DNA of 64,000 nucleotides, taken from the sequence record PV611058.1; one strand, given 5' to 3'. This document shows, piece after piece, positions 1-7,466 of the stretch. The notes beneath the pieces were generated by a model. That model searched no databases, had not been told where the DNA came from, and saw only the letters and a list, made by a program, of their open reading frames with translations. Every line of letters starts with the position of its first letter. Within the stretch, counting starts at the first letter, position 1. The position numbers and the translations under genes are program-made.

Positions 1-14
1 GTGCACGTGATGAA

Positions 15-704
15 ATGACACTCAATACACCAGATATGCTTCTAAATGGTGATGCAATTGCTCGTGTTATTGAAAACTGCGTACCTAACGTACTTGATGC
101 AGATGAACTTTATGTAAATGACGTAGAGCAACTACTTATCGCTATTAAAGTAGCTTCTAAAGAAGAATCATATGATATTAATGTGACATGCCCTGAATGT
201 AACAAAGAAGGCCGTTTTGAGCGTAGCTTATCATATCTACTAGAAACAGCACAAACTTTCAGTGAAGTTCCTACTGTACAATTGGATAATGGACTAAGTT
301 TAGAGTTTAGACCACTTACTTGGAAGGAATATTCTAACTTCGCAGAAAGAATGTTTACAGAACAACAAAAAACTAAATTCCTTGAAACTGCCGAAATGGA
401 GCAGGAAGAAAAAGTTAAAGTGTTTGGTGAAGTATTTGAAAGTATGGCACAACTCAACTTTGATATGATCGCAGGAGTTATTGCTAAGGTAATTACACCT
501 GAAGGTGATGAAGTAACTGAAAATGAATTCATTTCTGAATGGCTAGGTCAGCAGTCCAAAGGAACACTTAAAATAATTCGTGAAAAAATGGATGAAGTAC
601 TTGAAATTGGTGTTTCCCATACTATGGAAGTTGAATGCAGTGACTGTAATCATCAATGGGAAATTAATGGACTGAAATATGACCCAAGTCATTTTTTCGC
701 ATAA
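15..704 (+). CDS. gp26: T4 gp26-like baseplate hub subunit (5'-truncated; the frame is open to the window edge)
   Basis: The frame continues upstream (..ARDEMTLNTPDMLLNG). It has a DVEQLLIAIK motif and two CxxC pairs (CPEC, CSDC), typical of gp26-like hub proteins. It is translationally coupled (TAATG) to the next ORF. Confidence 0.65.
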   Translation: MTLNTPDMLLNGDAIARVIENCVPNVLDADELYVNDVEQLLIAIKVASKEESYDINVTCPECNKEGRFERSLSYLLETAQTFSEVPTVQLDNGLSLEFRPLTWKEYSNFAERMFTEQQKTKFLETAEMEQEEKVKVFGEVFESMAQLNFDMIAGVIAKVITPEGDEVTENEFISEWLGQQSKGTLKIIREKMDEVLEIGVSHTMEVECSDCNHQWEINGLKYDPSHFFA

Positions 705-913
705 TGCTTCTCCACTCATCTCCTGAAGAAATACAAGAAGTACTTAAGGAATTTGAGTTGAATAAGTCAGATATTAAAACTGCATTAATGGAGTGTTCTG
801 TTTATATGGAAAGTGTTGATTACGGAACACTACTTAATATGCCACTAATTGATAGAGACTTATTAGTTAAGTCTTTTAATAAGAAAATTAAAAAACAAAA
901 CGAGAAGCACTAA
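704..913 (+). CDS. Small baseplate hub assembly protein (gp51-like)
   Basis: Its start overlaps the gp26 stop. The LLNMPLIDRDLLVK motif resembles small partners of gp26-like genes. A terminator follows. Confidence 0.45.
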   Translation: MLLHSSPEEIQEVLKEFELNKSDIKTALMECSVYMESVDYGTLLNMPLIDRDLLVKSFNKKIKKQNEKH

Positions 914-923
914 CTCACAAGGA

Positions 924-950
924 GCCAGCACATTGTTGCTGGTTTTTTTT
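924..950 (+). terminator. Rho-independent terminator
   Basis: GCCAGCA-cattgt-TGCTGGT stem followed by a T run. Confidence 0.8.
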
Positions 951-1169
951 GGTTTTAAACTACAGAATTGATTGAATTGAATTATGAAAGGAATTAATTA
1001 TTTTATAGTGAACTCATCTAACTCATTTCATTCGTTAGCTGAAGAATATTCGTTACTACGTAACTCATATTCATTTCTTATAATTAATTATAAAGAACTT
1101 TAAAAGATTTAATACTTGACGGGATTTGTTGAAGACATTTTCATCCCCCCGCAGGGGAATGAAGACAAT

Positions 1170-1193
1170 AAAAAAGAGACAATTAAGTCTCTT
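1170..1193 (-). terminator. Minus-strand intrinsic terminator
   Basis: AAGAGAC-aattaa-GTCTCTT stem (1174-1193) with an A6 run on its left, which reads as a U tract on the minus strand. Confidence 0.65.
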
Positions 1194-1622
1194 AATTCTT
1201 GACGCTGATGGTTTCAGCATTTATTGTATTGCGAATTTCTTAAAATTCATTAAGAACGAAAGCGGGTTGCTCTGTTTCTCTCTATCGCAGTCATGTGCAA
1301 CGGTCGTCAGTCTTAATCATCCTGACACTCACCTGAAAGTCTATACAATCAAACTTCAGGCTGTTTATTAAATCACTTAATAAACTCCCTTAGCAAATCT
1401 GGTAAGGTGCGATCCTTATACATCTATCGAGGAACTCTCTGTATGCTTATCGGAGTTCTTTATTGAGCCGTGTCGCCGTGAGGGGTTCAAACTATGCCCA
1501 CATCTAACGGGTTTCTTCTGCTCATCGCACTGTTGAACTGCTCATCTGCCATCTACATTTTCGATAGGATCAGGTTCTAATTTATATGCATTTCTGCATT
1601 CAACAGGATTGTCATCACTACA
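1170..1622 (-). ncRNA. Candidate ~450-nt structured non-coding RNA (or origin primer transcript)
   Basis: No credible ORF. There is an extended -10 promoter at 1629-1637, at least 8 inverted-repeat stems, and a minus-strand terminator at 1170-1193. The family is not recognised. Confidence 0.5.
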
Positions 1623-1628
1623 ATTAAC

Positions 1629-1657
1629 ATTATAGCACCAAATTCAAAAGTGTCTCA
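1629..1657 (-). promoter_or_regulatory. Promoter TGAGAC-N17-TATAAT with extended -10 (TGC TATAAT)
   Basis: The minus strand reads TGAGACacttttgaatttggtgcTATAAT. The 14-mer TTTGGTGCTATAAT is identical to the gp55 promoter. Confidence 0.65.
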
Positions 1658-1712
1658 CTATTATGATAAAAAATTTATAAAAAGTACATAATTCTTGAAC
1701 ATTGAAGTAACG

Positions 1713-1720
1713 CATAAATA
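1713..1720 (+). promoter_or_regulatory. T4-type late promoter variant (CATAAATA)
   Basis: One mismatch to TATAAATA, 30 bp upstream of the Endo VII start. Confidence 0.5.
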
Positions 1721-1750
1721 TTTTGATAAGAATTAGTTTAGTGGGGATTT

Positions 1751-2242
1751 ATGAAGAAAAGATTAAAAGATAGTAAAGAAGCTGCAAACTATCGAAATGA
1801 ATTACTAAAGAAGCAAAAAGGAATTGATCCTATAATTAAGGAACCAATAACTAAGCCAGTACTTGATCACTATCACTTCGAGAATCAACACTGTCGTGAA
1901 GTTCTCCAGAACGAAGTGAACGCATGGGAAGGTAAAGTACAGAACAGCTTTAATCGCTATATGAAGCACTTAACCGATAAACCCTTATACGAGGTACTAC
2001 GAAATCTTGCGGATTATCTGGAGCGTAATAACAGCATTCCTGAAGATGAGCAAGTTATACATCACACTGCACTAACAATCGATACGAATAAGTTTAAAAG
2101 GCTCCCAGCAGGACAACAGAATGCAATACTGGAAGAGTTAGGTGTTATCCCTGGTGCAAACAATGCTGCTCGTGTTAAGCAAGCCAGAAAGCTTATCAAG
2201 GAAGGCAAATTAAATATGGTAGATATAAAAAAAGGGAGCTAA
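1751..2242 (+). CDS. gp49: Recombination endonuclease VII (Holliday junction resolvase)
   Basis: LDHYH...VN-AWEG-KVQNSFNRY...LRNLADYLE aligns by eye to T4 Endo VII (LDHDH...CNAAEG..HKFNR...LENLLTYLK). Confidence 0.8.
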   Translation: MKKRLKDSKEAANYRNELLKKQKGIDPIIKEPITKPVLDHYHFENQHCREVLQNEVNAWEGKVQNSFNRYMKHLTDKPLYEVLRNLADYLERNNSIPEDEQVIHHTALTIDTNKFKRLPAGQQNAILEELGVIPGANNAARVKQARKLIKEGKLNMVDIKKGS

Positions 2243-2257
2243 GGCTCCCTTTCCTTT
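2227..2257. terminator. Bidirectional terminator between convergent genes
   Basis: AAAGGGAGC / GCTCCCTTT stem flanked by A and T runs. Confidence 0.75.
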
Positions 2258-2260
2258 TAA

Positions 2261-4408
2261 TTAGAATACATCATCAAGAGTTGTATACTCAACAGTACTG
2301 AAACCATCCTCTTTAACTACTTTTAGGATTTTCTCAGTCTTAGAAAGCAATTCTTCTCTGTGAGAAATGGCATATACATTCTTACCACGCACAGCAGCCA
2401 TATCTTGGAAGATAGACCACACGCGAAGAACACCACTTGAATCAAGACCTTGGTCAATCATCTCATCAATGATAAGAATATTGATACTTTGATACAATGA
2501 CTCATATGTATCACGGAAAGCACAAGATAAAGCAATGTTTACCCTTGTACGCTCACCACGACTAAGCTGTTTATAGTCAAAGTACTGACCACTTTTCTCA
2601 ATTTCTACACTCAAATCATTCAAGAACACAACATTATGTTCAGAACCACACATATCAATGTAATATTGAAGACGTGTATTCAGATACGAAATGTTTTGTT
2701 CAATAATACGCTTACGGACATAAGAATCCTTGTTTAACAACAATTTAACCAAGAAATCTTGGTGATTTGCCATCTTATCAAGGTTATTATAGTCACTATA
2801 GTCGATTGGTACTAATGAATCGGTCGTAAGTGTATTAATTTGTCCAATAAATGTGTTAGTAGTTTTCAATTCACGATCTAATTGCTGCGATAATGAAGTT
2901 ACTGTCATTTCTAACTCTTTTACTTCAGATTTATTCAATGTATCTGGTACTTCTTGAAGAACATGTGCGTTCAGTTCTTCATATGATGACATAAGTTCAT
3001 TAGCATAGATGTTAATTTGCTCTTCTTCACTCTTTTTAATAAGTTCTTGAAGCTTATGCTCATGCATTTGTGCTTCAGTTAGTGTAGAATAGAATGTCAC
3101 AGGCTTAGGTGGCATATCAAAAATCTCAATACTATCAATTTCCTGAAGTATTGTTTCAATTTCAGAAGTGGAACTATCAATTTTCGATTGAAGTTCATTA
3201 ATAGTATTTTGAATTTTATCTTTAATAGACGAAGTATGTTCATTATGTTCTAATTCGGACATACAAAGTGGACATTTACTACTCTCCACTGTTGCTAATT
3301 TGTCCACCTCAGCACGTAACGAACTCTCATGACCATTTAAAGCCACCTTTAATGCGTTAAGTTTTTGTTCTTTGAAACGTTTTTGGTTATTATTCTCTTT
3401 TAGAATACCCTCCAACTGTTTCCATATCTCCAACTCATTGTGATTTTCTAATTCAGTACTGATATCAATAGTTTTTAGCTTATCAATACTTACATTTAAT
3501 GCTAATTTTGCTGTTGCTAGTTCACGGTCATATGCATCATACTTCAAAGCTAACTCTTGCACACGTCTTTCTATTTGATCACGAGCAGCATTATGAATAA
3601 GAGCTTTCTCTTTCACTTCTGCCAAATCATAGAGATCGTTGAAGTCTAAAGTTTTGTAGATATTCAATTCTTCAGTCAACTTAGATACTCTATTATTTTT
3701 ATCAATCTCAAATTGGTTAGCTTGTTCTTGTAATGATTCAATACTTTTTTGAATACGTTCATTACTTGCAGCCACAGTTTCAATTTTGAACTTTTCTTGT
3801 TCAGCTAAACGTTTAGAATCTTTATACATATCCTTTAATAGTTCAGCTTTCTCTGTTAATTGTGTGATGCCCAGAAGTTCCTCAATCATATCACGTTGTT
3901 TCTGTGATGATAATGCAAGAAACGGCTCTACGTTAGCATTAAGTACTACAATATGTTCAAATAGTAGTTGAGAAATCCCAAGAATCTCGTTTAGATCTTC
4001 TTGTGTATCTTTCTTCTCCCCTCTTGACTCATCTTCGACCTTATTATCTTTACCTAATGTAATAAAGTTGAAATACGTGGGACTTCTCCCACGCTCGACG
4101 AGATATTGTACACCATCTTTCTCGAACTCAACAGATACTTCACAGTTTTTAGCATTAGTTTTATTAACTAAGTTTGGAATTTTGATATCGTTACCAATAC
4201 TTTTTCCAAACAAACCAAAAACTAAACCTTGAATGATGGCACTTTTACCAACACCATTACGGCGACCGGAACTATCACCACCTTCAATAACTGCATCATT
4301 GTTTTGACCAAGAACTAACGATATATCAGCACCAGACAAATCAATTACTTGTGGTGCATTGCCAAATGAAAAGAAGTTCCTCATTGATATACGTGTAATG
4401 TTTAGCAC
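2261..4408 (-). CDS. gp46: Rad50/SbcC-like recombination ATPase subunit
   Basis: Walker A NGVGKS, zinc hook CPLC, long coiled coil, signature LSRGE, Walker B IIDE. GTG start with an AAGGG SD. Confidence 0.95.
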   Translation of the reverse strand: MLNITRISMRNFFSFGNAPQVIDLSGADISLVLGQNNDAVIEGGDSSGRRNGVGKSAIIQGLVFGLFGKSIGNDIKIPNLVNKTNAKNCEVSVEFEKDGVQYLVERGRSPTYFNFITLGKDNKVEDESRGEKKDTQEDLNEILGISQLLFEHIVVLNANVEPFLALSSQKQRDMIEELLGITQLTEKAELLKDMYKDSKRLAEQEKFKIETVAASNERIQKSIESLQEQANQFEIDKNNRVSKLTEELNIYKTLDFNDLYDLAEVKEKALIHNAARDQIERRVQELALKYDAYDRELATAKLALNVSIDKLKTIDISTELENHNELEIWKQLEGILKENNNQKRFKEQKLNALKVALNGHESSLRAEVDKLATVESSKCPLCMSELEHNEHTSSIKDKIQNTINELQSKIDSSTSEIETILQEIDSIEIFDMPPKPVTFYSTLTEAQMHEHKLQELIKKSEEEQINIYANELMSSYEELNAHVLQEVPDTLNKSEVKELEMTVTSLSQQLDRELKTTNTFIGQINTLTTDSLVPIDYSDYNNLDKMANHQDFLVKLLLNKDSYVRKRIIEQNISYLNTRLQYYIDMCGSEHNVVFLNDLSVEIEKSGQYFDYKQLSRGERTRVNIALSCAFRDTYESLYQSINILIIDEMIDQGLDSSGVLRVWSIFQDMAAVRGKNVYAISHREELLSKTEKILKVVKEDGFSTVEYTTLDDVF

Positions 4409-4420
4409 AATAAATTTCCC

Positions 4421-5452
4421 TTATAGTGATCTGTAAATTTGGATTAGAAGATTTTTATCGAACATAGGTGAATCAATTTCCATGATTTGTTGTAACACAA
4501 TCTCATCAACTGACTCAGTACTTTCAAAGCTTTCACCATCTTCAATAAGTTCTTTGATACTTTGCTTGCTAGTAACAACGTTAAACTCACGAATGTTATA
4601 AAGTTTAGTAAAAGTATCACGAATAAAACTAATCTCATCAGTAGTGATAGCAATATCAACTTGAACCTTTGAAATAGTATTGTCTTGAAGATAATAACTT
4701 GGATCTGTTAATAGTTCTGAAAGTGTAAATGTTCTATATTTTGGTGCTTCTGACCAAGAATGGAAAGTTGGTTCTTTACCATGTTCTAAAATCATCACAC
4801 CTCTTGCATCATCCCATGTATCAGAAAAGTTATGTGGGAAACAGTTACCTGTGTAAATTACACGAGTTCCTTTAGATGTTGTTTTTGCTTGTCTCTTGTG
4901 GAAATGTCCACTAAAAACATACTCACAACCACCAAAAGAACCTTCAGTCTCTTTACCATGATCTGGCATCTCAACCATTTTATTGAGCAAGTATCCAGGT
5001 AACTCTAAGTGACCAAAAACATACTTACTTTTAAGTTGAGGTAGAACTTTGTATTCATCTTCAATCATAAATGGAATGAAAGTACAATCATCAAATGTTG
5101 TGATTTCATTAATGAACTCGATGTTCTCATAAACTTGTGCCATATTAATACTAGTAATGTCACGTTTATTTTTATGATACATGTCATGGTTCCCAACTAA
5201 GAAGTAAACCTTATCAAAGTTGTCATTTAGTAATTGTAGAATTTGTAAACCATAGTTTAATGTTTGAATGTTAATATTACTGCGGTTATGGAAGTAATCT
5301 CCCATAAACACGCATACAGTAATACCATTTTTCTTAGCAAGTTCAATCATAAACTTGATGAAGTTCAAACAATCTTCGTTGTGCTGCTTGCTGTTATTCT
5401 TTAATCCTAAATGAATATCAGTAAATGTAATTGCTTTATCAAATAGAGCCAT
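4421..5452 (-). CDS. gp47: Mre11/SbcD-like recombination nuclease subunit
   Basis: Phosphoesterase motifs DIH, GD, GNHD, GH and GHFH. Adjacent to gp46. Start placed at MALFDK. Confidence 0.95.
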   Translation of the reverse strand: MALFDKAITFTDIHLGLKNNSKQHNEDCLNFIKFMIELAKKNGITVCVFMGDYFHNRSNINIQTLNYGLQILQLLNDNFDKVYFLVGNHDMYHKNKRDITSINMAQVYENIEFINEITTFDDCTFIPFMIEDEYKVLPQLKSKYVFGHLELPGYLLNKMVEMPDHGKETEGSFGGCEYVFSGHFHKRQAKTTSKGTRVIYTGNCFPHNFSDTWDDARGVMILEHGKEPTFHSWSEAPKYRTFTLSELLTDPSYYLQDNTISKVQVDIAITTDEISFIRDTFTKLYNIREFNVVTSKQSIKELIEDGESFESTESVDEIVLQQIMEIDSPMFDKNLLIQIYRSL

Positions 5453-6278
5453 CTTCGTTTTTCCTTTCAATCATGTTCATTTCAATTTCGATTTGACGAG
5501 TGTGTGATGGTGTAAAACCATGCATCTCAAGTAAATCGTCTCGGATGTTACGAACATTTTTCTCACTATTAAGAATCGAACGGAAACTATTGTTAACGAA
5601 CGAAGTATAGTAAGAGAAAGGATTCAACTGTACTGCTGGTTTATCTTTTTTGTAAAGAATACTCTCTTTAAAGAGAAGTGCGTTTTTAACTAATTGTATT
5701 CTGGCATCACCCATCATTTCATCCAAATATGTATAGTTTCTATAGTTGGATTTGTGTGAGATTTCCTCTGCCAGTTTAATGAACATTTTACCTAGTTCAT
5801 TAGTGATTTTACCATGAACAGTACTGAATTCTCCGTCTTCAAGATCACCTTTCCAGTGAGAACGAACGACTTCGTACAGAATACCTTCTTCATCTACAAT
5901 GTAATGTTTGAATGGTTCAAAATTAACTCTTGTATCTGCTGGGATATGTTCATCGGTAATTACACGAATAACCACCTCATCGATAGGTACATCAGTCAGT
6001 ACTAAATTGTGCTCATCTGCGTATTCCTTCGCTTTCTTCGCACTCATACCTTCTTTTTCACGAATTGCATCAAGCATTTCATTGTTGAGACGTTTAATAC
6101 GTGCTGCTTTAGCTTTATCTAAAAGTTCTGCTGTAATTTCGGATTCATCAAAAACGATATAATCGTACATACTGTAGCACTTATCAAGTAACCAGCAATA
6201 TGAGATTTTACTTTTTTGTATCTCACGAAGTAAATCAGCATTGTTAAGATACTTTTTACGCTTCGGCCTATTTGTCAT
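5439..6278 (-). CDS. gp55: Late-transcription sigma factor
   Basis: YLNNADLL, NYRNYTYLDEM and NPFSYYTSFVNNSF motifs. Lies upstream of 47-46 as in T4. GGAG SD before MTNRPK. Confidence 0.9.
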   Translation of the reverse strand: MTNRPKRKKYLNNADLLREIQKSKISYCWLLDKCYSMYDYIVFDESEITAELLDKAKAARIKRLNNEMLDAIREKEGMSAKKAKEYADEHNLVLTDVPIDEVVIRVITDEHIPADTRVNFEPFKHYIVDEEGILYEVVRSHWKGDLEDGEFSTVHGKITNELGKMFIKLAEEISHKSNYRNYTYLDEMMGDARIQLVKNALLFKESILYKKDKPAVQLNPFSYYTSFVNNSFRSILNSEKNVRNIRDDLLEMHGFTPSHTRQIEIEMNMIERKNEDGSI

Positions 6279-6335
6279 TATTTCAACTCTCCATGTTTTA
6301 AATCCAATAGGTACATTCCTTGTACCATCAATGTT

Positions 6336-6364
6336 ATTATAGCACCAAAAACGTCTTTGTCCCA
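6336..6364 (-). promoter_or_regulatory. Promoter of the gp55-47-46 operon, TGGGAC-N17-TATAAT
   Basis: The minus strand reads TGGGACaaagacgtttttggtgcTATAAT (extended -10). Confidence 0.65.
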
Positions 6365-6366
6365 CG

Positions 6367-6374
6367 TATAAATA
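6367..6374 (+). promoter_or_regulatory. T4 late promoter TATAAATA
   Basis: Exact consensus, 35 bp upstream of the first gene of the baseplate operon. Confidence 0.8.
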
Positions 6375-6409
6375 CATCAAATGTTCCCTTCTTATGGAGA
6401 ATCAAAAAG

Positions 6410-7141
6410 ATGATTGATCGTAGAATCCGATTAAGACCTAAAACCGCAGGTGCTAACTATGTGTATGGTGATTTTGGCAACAGTTCAGAACCAACATTGC
6501 TATCGTTTCTGCGTCCAACAAATGGTTTGGTTTGGACTGTAACCCCAACTGTAACTGAACAAAGGTCGGTTCAATATGAAACACAGTCCCCTATACATAC
6601 TAACAGTAACTACAACAACTACAAGAATACAACAAACACAATTTTCACTATCCAAGGTGAGTTTTATGCAAACACTGCTGCTGAAGCAATGTATGCATTG
6701 GCTTGTGTTCATTTTATTCGTTCCGTGTCCTTAATGGACTTTGGTCGTCAAGCAGCATCTGCTAATAATCCCGAACTAGCAATTGCAGGTGCACCACCGC
6801 CAATTTTACTATTAAGTGGGTATGGTCGTTATACATATAATGATATTCCTGTTATTTTGAAAGCATATAATTTTACATATCCAAATGATGTTTCTTACAT
6901 TCAGGTTCCATTGAATAGTAGTGATAGTACTTTTAATTTATCTGATATGGATAGTCGTAAATTCTTCGAACAGCTTAGAAGTACTGGATATATGAATCCA
7001 CAAGATGAGGTATGGGTTCCACAGAAAATATCGGTAACGCTTCAACTTGAAGAACAACCAACATCTGATTACATGACTAAAAAGTTCAACCTAAATGCAT
7101 TTAAGCGTGGTGAACTATTACGTAATGGAGGATTTATCTAA
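6410..7141 (+). CDS. Baseplate tail-tube initiator/cap protein (gp48/gp54-like)
   Basis: GAPPPILLLSGYG..YNDIPV..YPNDVSYI motif of contractile-system tube initiators. Lies upstream of gp53. GGAG SD before MIDRR. Confidence 0.6.
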   Translation: MIDRRIRLRPKTAGANYVYGDFGNSSEPTLLSFLRPTNGLVWTVTPTVTEQRSVQYETQSPIHTNSNYNNYKNTTNTIFTIQGEFYANTAAEAMYALACVHFIRSVSLMDFGRQAASANNPELAIAGAPPPILLLSGYGRYTYNDIPVILKAYNFTYPNDVSYIQVPLNSSDSTFNLSDMDSRKFFEQLRSTGYMNPQDEVWVPQKISVTLQLEEQPTSDYMTKKFNLNAFKRGELLRNGGFI

Positions 7142-7455
7142 TGTCCAATTATAGTCAATACTCTCCTTATGCAAAGGTTAAACAAACGTGGTATCTTGGT
7201 TACAATTTACCACGTGATATGGTTCCTGCTGATACTGACGACTTCTATGTAATTCCATTGAAGTATGAGCATCAACCTTGGCGTTTAGCATACGAAATGT
7301 ATGGTAATGAACGTCTGTATTATGTATTTGCCCTATTGAATCCTGATATATTAGGAGAAGACCCAATATACAATTTTAATAGTGGTATCACAATTCGTGT
7401 TCCCTCAAATCAACGAGTGCAAAACTATTTGAACGGTACTCGTAACATAGGTTAA
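7141..7455 (+). CDS. gp53: Baseplate wedge protein, LysM-like
   Basis: Motif HQPWRLAYEMYGNERLYYVFALLNP...IRVP, plus size and position. Confidence 0.75.
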   Translation: MSNYSQYSPYAKVKQTWYLGYNLPRDMVPADTDDFYVIPLKYEHQPWRLAYEMYGNERLYYVFALLNPDILGEDPIYNFNSGITIRVPSNQRVQNYLNGTRNIG

Positions 7456-7466
7456 TGGAGTAAAGT

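Noticed and set aside
110-532. 140-aa minus-strand ORF
   Set aside because: Lies fully antisense to the gp26-like gene, with no recognisable motifs.
1126-1371. 81-aa plus-strand ORF in the non-coding gap
   Set aside because: TTG start, no clear SD, atypical composition, and it runs across a terminator and the hairpin array.
1170-1622. tRNA, tmRNA, RNase P or CRISPR identity for the structured region
   Set aside because: No T-loop/CCA pattern, no GGGGCUGA or tag ORF, no GAGGAAAGUCC, and no regularly spaced identical repeats were seen.
6279-6409. Longer upstream starts given by the ORF track for gp55 (6380) and the tube initiator (6320)
   Set aside because: They overlap each other and the divergent promoters. 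The downstream ATGs have good SDs. The same reasoning was applied to gp47, clpA, gp14, the wedge, the collagen protein and the ORFs starting at 55618 and 62099.
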